Shown in pieces: positions 1 to 12,796 of a stretch of 64,000 bases of DNA (position 1 is the stretch's first letter; every line of letters starts with the position of its first letter). The notes beneath the pieces are model-generated. The model searched no databases, was not told the DNA's origin, and worked only from the letters and a program-made list of their open reading frames with translations. The DNA comes from Styela clava (lineage: Eukaryota). The stretch lies in assembly GCF_964204865.1 (NCBI RefSeq), contig NC_135261.1:8680001-8744000 (forward strand). The letters run 5' to 3'. The translations under genes and the position numbers were made by a program.

Positions 1-91
1 GTTTGAAAATTTAAATTATTTTCGTTTTTATTACTGAAATATTATTTACTACCTTTATTTTAATTGAAAAATTAATTCAATCAATTTATAC

Positions 92-884
92 CATCATCCT
101 TTGCCAATCTGTAGATACCTTCTCTCTTCTTTGTATAGTGGCCTGTAAAAGTTAGTGGAGGAGAACTAAAATACAAAGTTAGCAGTATATCATAATTACC
201 GTAGTTACATTCAGTCAACTTGTTTAATATTATTGTTATAACTGTATATTAAATATCATGAAATCCAATTTGAAATTTTGCTCATTTGAAGAAATGTTTT
301 ACTTCTCATGCGGTTCTGTAATCATCACACTCGCTCCTGTTCTTGTTTCGGTAAAATTCTGTTGTTTTGCACCACCTACATCCTTTCCCATCACTGCGTC
401 GTTAGTATTTAGAACCTGATTCCAGTCACCAGAAAACTGTCATTCGAAAAATACAATTACAACTAAACTACTTATATCACCAATCTGATAATATTCCTGG
501 CTTAAGGTGAGCTTCTAACGATTACTGATTCAACCAAGTTGTGGCTGGAAAACAACAGGATTCTATTTAAAGTCTGAATGTTTTCCCTAATGATATGTTA
601 AATTTATGTACAGTGATAAAGACATTGTCTTGTGAAAAAACAATGTTTTTTACACATGGAAGAAATATAGGCTTTCATTTATTTTTATCCTGCACTCAAA
701 TGAGTTCAAAACTTTTGAATAACTGGAATTCAGAAGTTTTTATTGACTAGAATAATGTACCAACTTTATCCCAGTCAATATCTTCATTATCTTCTGGAAT
801 CTTGCAGTGTTTAGTCTGAATGAATTCGAAACTTTGAATCAACAACAATAGCAAAGTAAACCTGCCTCTTTTCAGGATGAACAT
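92..884 (-). CDS. Lipocalin-like secreted protein, copy A (class I); coding exons 1-3, remainder beyond the left edge
   Basis: Exons 884-765 (MFILKRGRFTLLLLLIQSFEFIQTKHCKIPEDNEDIDWDK), 436-303 (FSGDWNQVLNTNDAVMGKDVGGAKQQNFTETRTGASVMITEPHE), 165-92 (NSPPLTFTGHYTKKREGIYRLAKDD). All GT-AG, phases 0,2,1. The window starts at the sequence that abuts the exon-4 acceptor in paralogs. Confidence 0.88.
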
Positions 885-1243
885 CTTCTTTCTATCCTAG
901 TTGAATGTATTTCAAAGAAGAACACTGGAATAAGAATTAATTGTTGCCAATTATCATCACAGCAGTTTCTAGTATTTCTGAGAATAATTTGAAGATTTCT
1001 ATTGAATATCATGTGGTTTCATCTACATTCACATGTTTCTGAAACTAATAGAATTGAAAAATTATTCTATTCTGTTGACATTGCAGCTAGCACTCAAGTG
1101 TGACAAACTTAGTGTATATGAGTGTATATAAATACACAAATGAAATTATGCCTGTTAGTGGTTACTTGGTAGCATAAAAACATCAACCTGTATCCCACGC
1201 AATCTGCTTTAAACTGTTTGTGACAAGTCTTTGCTTCTGACAG

Positions 1244-1303
1244 TTTTATAGGCTTCGATAATCAATGTCTTGAAACAATCTTAATCCTAAATACATGACA
1301 TCA
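1244..1303 (-). promoter_or_regulatory. Conserved class I core promoter: TATAAAA plus an upstream CRE/AP-1-like TGA-C-[AG]-TCA site (copy A instance)
   Basis: Minus-strand TATAAAA at the homologous position upstream of A (1244-1250), B (8210-8216), E (20586-20592), F (29745-29751), H (36275-36281), I (41712-41718), J (49914-49920) and K (59123-59129). TGACATCA or TGACGTCA lies about 45 nt further upstream in most copies. Confidence 0.55.
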
Positions 1304-2789
1304 GCTTTTTTCTGAGAATACATTGTACAATAAAAACAACTGAGGTAGCTTACAAAGTGTGATAACAGCAGTCTTTCCCAACTTATGGTCCCCCAAAAAT
1401 TTCTTTGGGTCACTAGTTTTTTTCTAAAATACCTTAAAAGTTAGAGACTTTATTCTATGGTAAATTTCGTTGTTTGTTTTGCATTGAATTGTTACTCAAT
1501 TGTATATGTGATAAGTATCACAGAGTTAAAATTTGGTAGCATCAATTTTGCATAAGTAAAGCCACGATTTGATTTGAAAAGTCACGGTGGCAAACAAATA
1601 TGGCTTTCTCACTTTGAAGTGATTTCTGGTAAATTTGATGTAATGTTAAAATTATAAAAAATATTCTTTAATTTTGCTTGTCTCAATATTTTACAAAGTT
1701 AATTTTGTTTTAAATTTGAGTCACTTGATAAAAAGGTTGGGAATTAAACGGGAACTTTTCATATTTTCCTCTACGGGTACTGAAAACCTGACAGTCAAAT
1801 TCTATCGCAAAATATGATTTCAAAATTCTAGACAGTAGTAAACTCTGATAAAACTTTCAGTAGATAAATATTAGTATAAATCGATTTTTGTTATACGTTA
1901 ACTTAATTTTACCTATTCTGTCATTAACTGTATTGTTGTAAGCATTAAATTTTGAGAATAGTCTTGAATTGTTATCATAAAACCCATTTTTACTGACCAT
2001 GAAAATCAATATACATACATACTTTGCACGTTTGTCTGCCTAGCAAATATGATTGCGATTTTTTGTAGCATTGTATTCTGGGTATATGTTATCCTTATGA
2101 GCCTTGCTGAATTTTAGTGTTGAAAGCTTGTTGGAGGAAATATGATCCTTTTTGTTCATTATACTGTCAAAATATGTCACAAACTTACTATGACATAGTG
2201 GCATGATTATCATGAATCAGAGCTTTGAAGCAATCAATCACTTTGAGAATCCCTTACTTGCAGTGGGTATTATAATAACATTGGAGATCTTGTGTATATG
2301 TTTGAACCTGTCTTCTGCTCATGATAACTGCTTTAAATTTTCTATTAGTTTTGAACCATCTGATGTGAATTTTTTCTATACTCACCCTGACATTTTTGTT
2401 AGTTTAAAAACTCAAAATTATGAATAACTTTTTTATTTTTCTTTAGGTCGACTACTCGACTTATTGTTTCATATGAATAGAGTGTTGTATACCCACATAT
2501 TTTCTTGTTAATTAAAGGAATTGTCCTCAACACTTGAAATACTGATACTAATTTAGCCTGCTTTTAACTAAAATTGAACTGATTTTTAAGGAAAGTAAAA
2601 GTCTGAACTGCTTGCACTTATTTTTTTCTTCCAAAAACAATTCAAAAATTAAATTATAATGTCACTATGTAATTGTCAAATGAGGTATTTTTTATAGTAG
2701 TTTTGCAAGAATCTTATAAACATTCCACAGCTATTATGGCATTGGAGCAGATTTGTTTATTCCAAGATGAATATGGTAATTTTATTCCA

Positions 2790-3270
2790 TTAGCTTCATG
2801 GTGATTCCTTTCTCAATGAACTGGGTTACAGTGGTGGAGCTAAATCAATTGTCTTGAGCCTCTTCAGAAGCTTATAACATAGTTTGTCACACCTTTGATC
2901 CTTCTGCTCGATTCATTTTTTTAGGTGACCGTACATTTGAACCCACGTGCATTTGAACCCATGCGTATATCCACGGGTTCAATCTATATGCGGGTGCTAA
3001 AACCCATGGGTTAGGGTGAGTATGGGTTTAACTATCCGTGAAACAAAAAAAAATCCATAGGTGCAATAGCATACAGGTGCAATTGTCATGGGTTCAAATG
3101 TACGTGGGTTCAAATGTAATGGAACCATTTTTTTAGTATATCTTGTCAGTTTCTTACCATTAAAGTTATTCTTAATTTTTACCATCAATGTTGTTGGCCA
3201 TCACTCCCAGACATACCCAAGTTCTTCTGGAGTCCCTCAGGGCTCAATTTTTTGACCTACATTGCTTCAT
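2790..3270 (+). mobile_element. Decayed LINE reverse-transcriptase fragment, interrupted by a MITE
   Basis: SSGVPQGSIF*PTLL near 3222-3267 (RT GVPQGS-x-LGP motif) and a D-x-S-x-AF-x-x-V-x-H-like remnant near 2830-2892. Confidence 0.6.
2924..3126. mobile_element. MULE-like MITE, 203 bp
   Basis: TIRs of about 40 bp built from catttgaaccca repeats. Exact 9-bp TSD attttttta on both sides. Confidence 0.8.
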
Positions 3271-4768
3271 GTTGCTAAACTCGGACGAAACTAATTTTGA
3301 AGCAGAGCTTTGAATTATCAATAAATTTGAGGAGCCTTTAATTTAATTTAATTAGGAATTTGTTTCCCACTATCTTTCCATCATGATAATTGAGTTTAAT
3401 TATTTTTTGGTTTGGGACCTGTCAGTTTTATGTACCTGATTTATTTTTATTTTGGCTTTTTTATATTTCTTTATTCAACTTCTGTACTATTGTTTTACAT
3501 GGATCAGAATGCTGTGTGGTGGCTTGAATAAATCATTTCTCACCATTTAAAAGACAATGTGGGCCCGTTTTTAACCAAAATTGCCAACTCACAATATGAG
3601 TCTTTTTTAAAGTAAATACAATCATGGTTCAGAACCATTTCAGAATGCTTCCCTCTTCCCAACAACCCTAAAATGATATACGGTAGGTCATCTTAACTTT
3701 AATTACTTCCAACCTAGTAGCATAGATATGAACCTGCTCATTGATTGCAGCTTCCTCTACTATCCAAGTCTGGTTACCTATATCCTTTCCATCTTAAGTA
3801 ATCTAGATGGTAGCTCAAGGAAACCTCTTATTTTAGAAATTATGAAAAAATATGTCCACCATAATTTTTTATGGACACTTTTGCAACATTCGTAATCAAA
3901 ATTAGTCAACCTTAGGGCTGAACTGTTACAGTTCTCTAGTGAATTTGAAATTAGATTCTAACAATAATAAATTGTTAGTAATAATATCATTTGGTAGCAA
4001 ATTTATTACCAGTTCTAGTATTTCTCACAGAATAATAATTTCATAAACAAATTCATTATATTTGTGGACTGCGTCGTGAAACAATTTTTATTGATAAAAG
4101 ATTTATTACTCTTTCATACCTTCTTGCTTCTATATTGTCCATCCTGGATCTTTCCCTTTATCATTTCAAATAAAGCATTCCAAATGGAACTTGGATATTA
4201 CTGTAATACCTTTATTTGCCATTCTACATAGAATATACATCATTAAATTATTAACATCAGGTAATATAATATTCCAACGCAGATTAGAAGTTTTGTAAAT
4301 CTTAATTCCTTATACTTTTATCTATAATGTACTCTTTGAAAAGTCGAAATATAACCCTGGGTGTACATTTATCCCAGATTGGGAACCCCTGACCTAGGGA
4401 AACTAAGTTTCCAAACGTAACTGTAAAAAAATTATTGGGCATGTCTTCTATTTCTGTTTTTATGCACTCTTGGATTTGTGTATGCTGATGTGACAAATAT
4501 ACAGGAATCATACAATAAAAAGCAAAAGCACAAAAAATCATATTTCATTCCAAACGAAGGAAAGTTTTAGATTAAGTTAACTGCTTATGTTTAATAAGTT
4601 GGGATCTTTATATGTTTGAAGGAGGTTGATCAAAACATAAAAAACAAAAAAAAACCTTCTTGTGTTTGAGCGTTATAATTTATAAATTTACTTTTGAGTA
4701 ATCCCTTCATTCAAAATTTTAGTATAACAGTTTCAGTTCAAGTTTTTCAGTTTCAAGTCTGTCACAAA

Positions 4769-7700
4769 CTATGGGTGTCCAACAGTTTCATAAGGATAAA
4801 GTTGAACAATGATTCTTTTCTCAATGAGCTTGTTCCACATCAAACTTATTTGTTGGATTGTAGGATTCAATGTTGGAAATGTTGCCCAGACCACCCATTC
4901 ATCTGAAATGTATTGAACCAGCGATTAATCTGGAGTTTGCGAGTATGAGGAGATGAATCTTAGGCTTCAAAATCATGCTTGTGCTTGCTATGGCTTGGTG
5001 GTTACCTTTATCTATGGTTGTTATTAAGTATGGTTTCAATAACTATGTTGCCAGGGGTGTTCAACATTTTTTGTCGGTTGGCCATATACAGTAACCAAAT
5101 TGAGATATTTAGCTGGATCACACGAAAATTTATTGTTTCCATGTACACAACGTATTGAAATATTCTCACAATGCAAAACTTCATTTATTTAACATTTTAA
5201 CAGGACACTGGACTGGTCATACAATACTGTATGTATTTTGCTCACATGAGCGCTTTTTCAAATAATCTGTTGTATCAGGATTTATACGCTTGATGGGTGA
5301 AAATCTGACTGTTGACAAGGGTCACACTTGGCTTGGCGGGCAGGTTTTGCCCGGCCCTGTTGCACACCCCTAATCTAAACAAAGAACTCATGGATATTTA
5401 TTTAGAGCAGGGCTGTGCAACCTGCAGCCCGTGGCCCACAATGAAAAATTGGATAGGTTAGGGCTAGGGTGACATTACAACAGCAAAGCGATTTACAAAG
5501 CTTTCACTTGCTGAGCAGCGAAAATATCATATTCAGAATTGTAGTTTTAAATACCTTCAAGGCTACAAAATGCATGAATCATGTAGTTCTTCTCATCGCT
5601 TAGTATCAATATATCACCACTAAATAGTGCTTCGTCTGAATAAAAATTGAGCAATGCTCAAATATATATTGATAGAACGAATAGCCCTCCAACAGCAAAA
5701 ATGTCTGCTAAATGTTGTACATAGTTATGTTTCAAATACCATATGTGTTTCCATGAATTTGGGAATGCAAGATTTGAGTGGATATAAGATTGAACGCAAG
5801 ATTTGAGTGGATATCATCCTTTGAATGGACCTGGGAAATTTGTTGATATAAAATAGTAAATGTGATATTATTGTGATTGTCTCAGTCTTATGTACTGAAC
5901 AACAGCTGAAATTGAGTGAAACGATCTATAGGTCCACCTCGTGCCCAAAAATTAGACATATTATACCATTTAGCCTATTAGCCTTTGCAATTCAAGAGTC
6001 CTGCTGCACCAAAAGTTTACGTTGTAAACTGCTTTCTGAGAAGTCTGATTTTGGTCAGACGAATTGTGACAGAAATACATTTGTGTTAGTGTGCAGCAGG
6101 ACTCTTGAATTGCATAGTATGGTATGTTTATTCATGCCAAAGCATCCTTGCATAATATGCATACGGATCCACTAGCGCAACGGCATTGAGGAAGGAATGG
6201 GATTTCTCTACTGATAGGTATGTTCCCCTATTAGAACTGAGAGTTTTGTCAGATCTTACCTATTTTCATAGCTTTCTCATTTATGCTGCCATCTGGTTTC
6301 AATGCTTCTAGAACCAACACAGCCGCTTCTGTACCAAATAATAAAAATCCTCATATCATGAGTTAGTTTTACCCAATTTAATTTCGATTTACCAGTAGTA
6401 ATGAAAATGATGTACCTTCACTCTTTTCTGGTCTATAAACACCAGCTCGTTGTTTGGTCATATGGAGTGATGTCGTTCGTGCAGGAGAACTGAGAAACAA
6501 ATTTTGGGAAAACAAATATCTAAGTGAATATTAATATATGTGTGAAGTTTGTAATTATCATTTGATGAGCTCCCATTCTACTGAAGTTTTATCGAGGTCA
6601 AAAATGTGATATACCGGTAATGTTCACTCACTTTTTGTTCAATTCTGTGATCACATATTGCACTCCTGTGCTTGTTTTAGTGAAATTCTCTAGCTTTCCC
6701 CCCAAGAAATCTGTCGTCATCCCTGCGTCATCTGTAAGTCCATCATACCAGTCATCATGAAGCTGTCAAAAATAGTATTATTAACTCATGAAAAACATTT
6801 GCTTGTCTGATTCGGTTGTCGATAATGTTCAAGGAAAAAAAAGGATGTGAGTTCACATCATCCAAGTAACACTTTGTGGAATTTGCATCATTTTATTGTG
6901 AAGCTTTGCTACTAATATTGTATATGTATGTATATTGAAGTTGCTGTAAAATATTTGCCAGATAGAAAAAAGAAAAAGTACACATGCTAGTGTTATTTAT
7001 CTGATAATATTACCGCAATATGTTTATTTTCAACACATAAACATTGGGTTGATAATTCTAATTCAAACAAATGTTGACAGACAACAACATGCTTCCACTT
7101 GGCGTCTAATTATTTTCTATGTTATATATACCATATATCCTCACATATAAGCCAACCTCCCAAAAGACTTTGAAATAGTAAATTTATAAAAATTCGCATG
7201 TAAGCAGACTCTACAATTCGTATCACGGCATACACACCTATTACATTCAATGATATTCAATTCGAATTAAATATTCGAATATGGCTATTCGCTACCTTCT
7301 AGTATAATTGACTGTGGTTATATTACCGTATACCCTCGCATAGAAGCCAAACCCGCATATAAGCCAACCCCCTAAGAACGAATTTATAAATATTCGCATA
7401 TATAAGCGGACCCTAAAAATTGTAACACTTATTAATAACAGCACACATACTTTTTGACACAGCTAATTTTTATTATATATTCCAATTGTCTATTGTCAGC
7501 GCCAATGTCATTTAGTTCATCGACATCGTTAAGCTAAACGCCACAAGACCGAAAATCTCGTTTTATTTTTCAATTCATTGTTTTTGCTCATAAATTAATA
7601 CTGCCGAATTGAATGATGTTGTCATCAACGTAGCTGGGATAACGATAAAATCCGCGATACTAAACAATATTCAGGTGCTCCCGTATAAATATTCAATCTG

Positions 7701-7877
7701 GAGTTACAAATCAAATTAATTAAAAGTTTGAAACTTAAAGAATGTGCCAACCTTATCCCAGTCAATATCTTCATTATCTTCTGGAATGTTGCATTGTTTA
7801 GCCTGAATGAATTCAAAACTTTGAACCAACATCAGTAGAAAAATGTATCTGCTGTATCTGCTGTTGAAGATGAACAT
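4769..7877 (-). CDS. Lipocalin-like secreted protein, copy B (204 aa, chimeric class I/II, slightly early stop)
   Basis: Exons 7877-7752, 6762-6632 (LHDDWYDGLTDDAGMTTDFLGGKLENFTKT...), 6489-6416, 6328-6260, 5635-5555 (DEALFSGDILILSDEKNYMIHAFCSLE), 4902-4769 (DEWVVWATFPTLNPTIQQISLMWNKLIEKRIIVQLYPYETVGHP*). Frame open throughout, GT-AG junctions. Confidence 0.87.
5052..5372. mobile_element. hAT-like MITE in intron 5 of copy B
   Basis: Ends caggggtgttcaac ... gttgcacaccccta form imperfect TIRs. TSD not clear. Confidence 0.55.
7129..7420. mobile_element. pogo/Tc1-like terminal fragments (two tandem left ends) in intron 1 of copy B
   Basis: taccatatatcctcacatataagccaacc and taccgtataccctcgcatagaagccaaacccgcatataagccaacc resemble TA-CCGTA...TATAAGCC termini of pogo-type elements. 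Confidence 0.5.
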
Positions 7878-9521
7878 AATTTTTTATCCTATTTGATTTT
7901 TTCAATGCTAGATGAATGATGGAATAGAGAAAGAATAATCAATTATCATCCAAACAGTTTTCAGTATTTATTGTTGAACTTAGAATAGTTTAAAAGATTT
8001 TATGGAATATCATGTAGTTTCAGCATCTAATGAATTTGAAAAATTGCTGCTGTTAGCATTTCAGCTAACTTTCAGTGTGACAACAACTTGTCCGTAATAC
8101 AAAAACGAGATTATGTCGGTTACTTGATCGGAAGCATAAAAAAGTCTGAATGAATCCTACCCACTCTAGCCTAAAACTGTTTTGTGAAGTCTTGCTTCTG
8201 ACTGTATAATTTTATAGGCTACGAAAAATAATGTCTCTAAACAATTGTAATCTAAAATACATTGGCATCAACTTTTCATGAAAATACATTATGTAATAGA
8301 TACAACTAAGGTCGCTTGCAAAGTGCATTGATATTGAAAACCTCTAAGACAGTCGAATAACATTGCGCAATATCATTGTAGACTGTGGTTTCACTAGATA
8401 AATATACATGAGTTTTTCATCTACATCTACTTAATTCTCACCTATTCTGTCAATTAATTAATGGAACTAATACTGGAATCCTGGAATTGTAAAAGGAATG
8501 ACCCATATTCTTACCATACAACATATTCTCTTGCTTATCATGAAATAAACTTTGCGCATTTGCAATTATTGTAGCATTGCAGTTTCGGCATATGTTGTTA
8601 TCTTTATATAATTTATAATTTTAGCAACAAATGTTTAGAGTAGGAAATAAGGCAAAACATTTTGGCGTGAAGATCAGGAAGCTTCCAATAATCAATAACT
8701 TTGATCAATCCCTTAGTTGCAGATATAATTTGGGTTTTGAAATCACTTCAATACAGATCTTTTTTTTTTTTGAATGAATTTTTTGAGTTTTTGAGTGAAT
8801 TTTTTTTTATATTTTCTGATTTTGGTTATAGCGTTTGGTTCTTCTTTCTTTTTTTTTCTTAAGTTGGAGAGTATACCAAACTTGTTATCAGTTTCAGTTA
8901 CTCTGACAATAGAAGGTTTCTATAAACGAGTTTTTCATATTTTATAGACAGCATGAGAAAACAATTTTTTTGATGTAAAATAGTCATCTTCCAAACCAGC
9001 TCTATTTGCTCCATTATTGATTCTAAAACTTCAAAATTTCCATTTACCGTAGAAATTTATTATTTCAAATAAAACATTCCAAATAATATTTGTTGATCTA
9101 CAGTATTTCTGTTACTTTCAGTTGCTGTTCCGCATGGCCTACCATAGGTACATTCGATTCATTTAATTTGTGTAATATAATTGAGTTTCAGTAATATATG
9201 TGAATTCAAAAAGTGCAGGAAGTGCAACAATTAAAGCATGAACAATTGTATCAAAAAAATGTTATTTAATCTTATTCATCTAACATTATGCAAGTTGATG
9301 GTTTAACATTTTGTTTACAAATATATTTTTGTTACTTGAGATATAATGTCCATCTAAGACTTATGTTTTCAGTAAAAATCATGCCGTATGCAATTAAACA
9401 AGGATTATTGAATGTTTATGGTTATTTTGATATGTTAATACAAAGAATTTGTAAATAATTCAATAGAACGATCGATGCATGGTGAACATCTCAATCTGAA
9501 TTTGAAATATCTGCAGATTTT

Positions 9522-11177
9522 TCACGATTTAAAACCCATGAAATTCTCTGGATGTTCAACTGCTTCTGCAAGATGAAGTTGTACATTGATTCCTTTTTCC
9601 ATGAGTTCGTTCCACATCATGGTGACTTGAGGAATTGTTGGATTCATAGTTGGAAAGCCAGCCCAGACAACCCATTCATCTGAAATATATTTCAAATTGG
9701 ATTTAATAAATGATGCAGAGGTTAAGTGCTGAGACTAAGATGCTGATATACTGTACTTTTTGTGTTTAATAGGCAATACAACCAGAATCAAATTGAGATA
9801 TTCTAAAATAATTTTGAGTGACAGCGCTTTTTGTTTAACACAAACAGACTTTTATGAAAAGACATTTTACATGCTGTAAGTTCAAACATATTCATGGTGC
9901 GTGTTGAGCTTTATTACACTACATTTGCTGAAACAGCTCAAATACTCCGACATTCACTGTAGTTTTATAATTACCGTAATTTTGAATACCCAACTTTGAT
10001 TTATCATTGTTTGTAAATATTGGCAACACAGTGGTAGAGTGAGGTTTTTCATTTATTGTTAATAGGAACATAGAGGGATTGTGACAATATATTGCAATGT
10101 GATGGCCTGTAATTCCAAGCATTTTTATATATGTGTATACCTGAAAGACTGCAAAATACATTTATCAAGTAATTCTTCTCATCACTTAAAATCAAAACAT
10201 CACCATTGAACATTGCATAATCTAAATATAAAAAATAAAGTTGCGAAGATTTAGGCAATAGCATTTCACATCTATAGGTAATAGTAATTTTACCGATTTT
10301 TGCTGCATCTTCACTTCTTCCACCCTTGGGTGTTAAGGTGTGTGACGTTAGAACAGCCGATTCTATTTGAAAATTGAAATTATACTTTTTTACTGATATA
10401 TTATGCAAATTTTCAATAGAAATTCACTAATTTATATAAAATATATACCATCACTCTTTTTGGGCTCATAGACACCTGCTCTCTTTGTTATCAAATGAAC
10501 TGTCATAGTTTGAGGATGAGAACTAAAATATAAAGGTTGCATTGAATCATAGTTAGCTCCATTTTTAGTCTAATATTTTTTTCTATTTAATATTCATTTA
10601 AAGTTTAACTAGGTCACCATTACTTGAACTTGAATAGGAATTTTGGTCTTTTGAATAAAATATCTAACTTCTGATGTAGTTCTGTGATCATCATGCTCAC
10701 TCCTGTTCTTGTTCTGGTAAAATTCCTGAGTTTTACGCCACCTACATCTTTTCCCATCACTGGATCATTGGTATGTAGAACCTCATACCAGGCATCAGGA
10801 AACTGCCAAAGGAGAGGCATAGTAAATGCACATGAATATAACTGATCTGATATTATTTTTGGGTTATGGCGATCTCAGCTTCTACAGATTATGATGATAA
10901 TACTGTTTCAAACAAATGTTGATTGATTTTACTTGATGTCTGATTTATTTGTGCTCATGCTAAACACAGCGTGTTGTAATATGTGATATTTCATCACACA
11001 TAAAATAAATATGATGGTTTATGTATTTTTAATCTAGAGTTACAAATCATATGAATTCAAAAGTTTTAATCCATTCCCACCTTGTCCCAGTCAATATCTT
11101 CATTATCCTCTTGAATCTTGCATTGTCTGAACCAACATCAATAATACAATAAACTTGCTCGTCATTAAGATGAACAT
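9522..11177 (-). pseudogene. Lipocalin-like copy C, frameshifted in exon 1
   Basis: Exon 1 11177-11081 is 97 nt (23 nt shorter than paralogs) and reads MFILMTSKFIVLLMLVQTMQDSRG*. Exons 10802-10669, 10522-10449, 10362-10294, 10221-10141 and 9679-9522 are intact with normal sizes and splice sites. Confidence 0.82.
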
Positions 11178-11830
11178 TTCTTTTCAACCTGCTCTATGTA
11201 TTTTAATGCTATACTAATGTTGGAATGAAGAATAAATTCAATTTTCCCTATTTACGGAAAAGTAGGTCGAACCTAAAATAATTTGAGAAACATCCTGTCT
11301 TTTGAAACAACTAAAATAGGTGCTCAAGAGCAATTAAAGGATCCTTTCATGTCCTTATAGAAATACGGAAAACCTGTAAGACAGCTGATCATATTGTGAT
11401 TTATGGCCTACGTTCATTCATCAGTTCTAAAGGTATTAAAAAGTGCAAGCATCATATGTTTCTAAGTAATAATAGTCTTCAAAACCATCTTAGACAATGG
11501 TAAATTCTGATAAAACTTTCAGAAGATAATAAAGGATACCTGTTTTTTTTTTGTAAATTTGCTCAATTTTCCCCATATTTTCTCAATGGATGGATTGTTG
11601 GAACTTGGAAGTATTAAGTTGACAAAGAATAGCTTTTATTTCAATTCATATACCACATTCTTTTGCTATCCAGGAAAAACAATATTCAACTCCTAAGATA
11701 CATTCATTTCAAAAGGAGTATCTTCTTACTTTTGTCTTTGTCAAAATATTTTTAAAAGTGTAATGAGAAAATAAGTGGTGTTTTATCATTATGGAAATCG
11801 GAAGTTTTTTTTTTTGGAGTATATACATGC

Positions 11831-11910
11831 CTTATCCCAGTCAATTTCTCCAATGTTCTCTGAAATTTTGCATTGTTCTGCCTGGTTAATCTCGAAGCTC
11901 ATAGCAAACG
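11831..11910 (-). pseudogene. Orphan class II exon-1 remnant
   Basis: Translates FAMSFEINQAEQCKISENIGEIDWDK, then a GC donor (gcatgt). The signal-peptide N-terminus is deleted. Class II upstream sequence follows at about 11930-12230. Confidence 0.7.
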
Positions 11911-12704
11911 AAAAAAAATTTTTCTGATCTGCTAAATCTTAATTTTAAAAACTACATAAAATCTTTATCATAACCCCGAAAACTCTTCAAGTTTGTTTGT
12001 TTGTGCTCCATATATCTATTCGAGGGAGAACAATTAACATCCTTACTTATATGAGCAACAGTGCAGACTGTTTCTTGCAAAACTTGCATTCTGCTCATAT
12101 CTTTGTGCACATTATGTTATATTTTCAATGTGACAGAATGTGATACATATGATTTTTGTTTATTCTGTCTGGCTATGTGCAACATGCCTTGCTTCATGGC
12201 AGAGAGGGCTGAAAAAGTGATCAATATATTTTTAAAAGATATGGTGTTGGTGTACAATGTTCAAACCAGCTAATGGAATTGTTTGAAGTAAAAATCTTTG
12301 GGGAGTATAAGCTGATATATTTATTTTCAAGTTTGTCAATGAAGAAGGAAATGGTACTCCTTTGTGTAAAATGCGGTAACCATTCTAGTTTTCAAACCAG
12401 ATGCATCTTGTAACGAGAAAAGTTCCTGCTGCACAACAATCTTGTTGATTTCGAAGAGATATTTTTTAGAAATCAAAAAGAACACAAGTTATCCATTTTT
12501 TATTTAATAAATTGTTCTACATCCAAAATATGCAAATTTATGTTAAAATCAATATTTTATTAATAAACAATATCTTTGTTATTTGAGAAGTAATGTCATT
12601 TCAGTTGTATGTTTTCAGTAAAACAAAATTCCATTGTATGTATTTGGATAAAGAACGGAATACATGGATACATGAGACACCCAAATCTGAAATCCACTGC
12701 TTTT

Positions 12705-12796
12705 GCATGGTGAAGTTGTACATTGTTTCTTTTTTCCATTAGTTCGTTCCACATCAGGGACTTGATTAATTGTTGGATTCATAGTTGGAAAAAACA
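12705..12796 (-). pseudogene. Orphan exon-6 fragment with J-like 3' flank
   Basis: FFPTMNPTINQV..MWNELMEK..NVQLH with an indel and no acceptor. Flank 12450-12690 closely matches 46700-46945 downstream of copy J. Confidence 0.75.

Noticed and set aside
765-884. Assigning the symbol APOD or a species name
   Set aside because: The similarity is motif-level and judged by eye. Orthology and organism cannot be established from this window alone.
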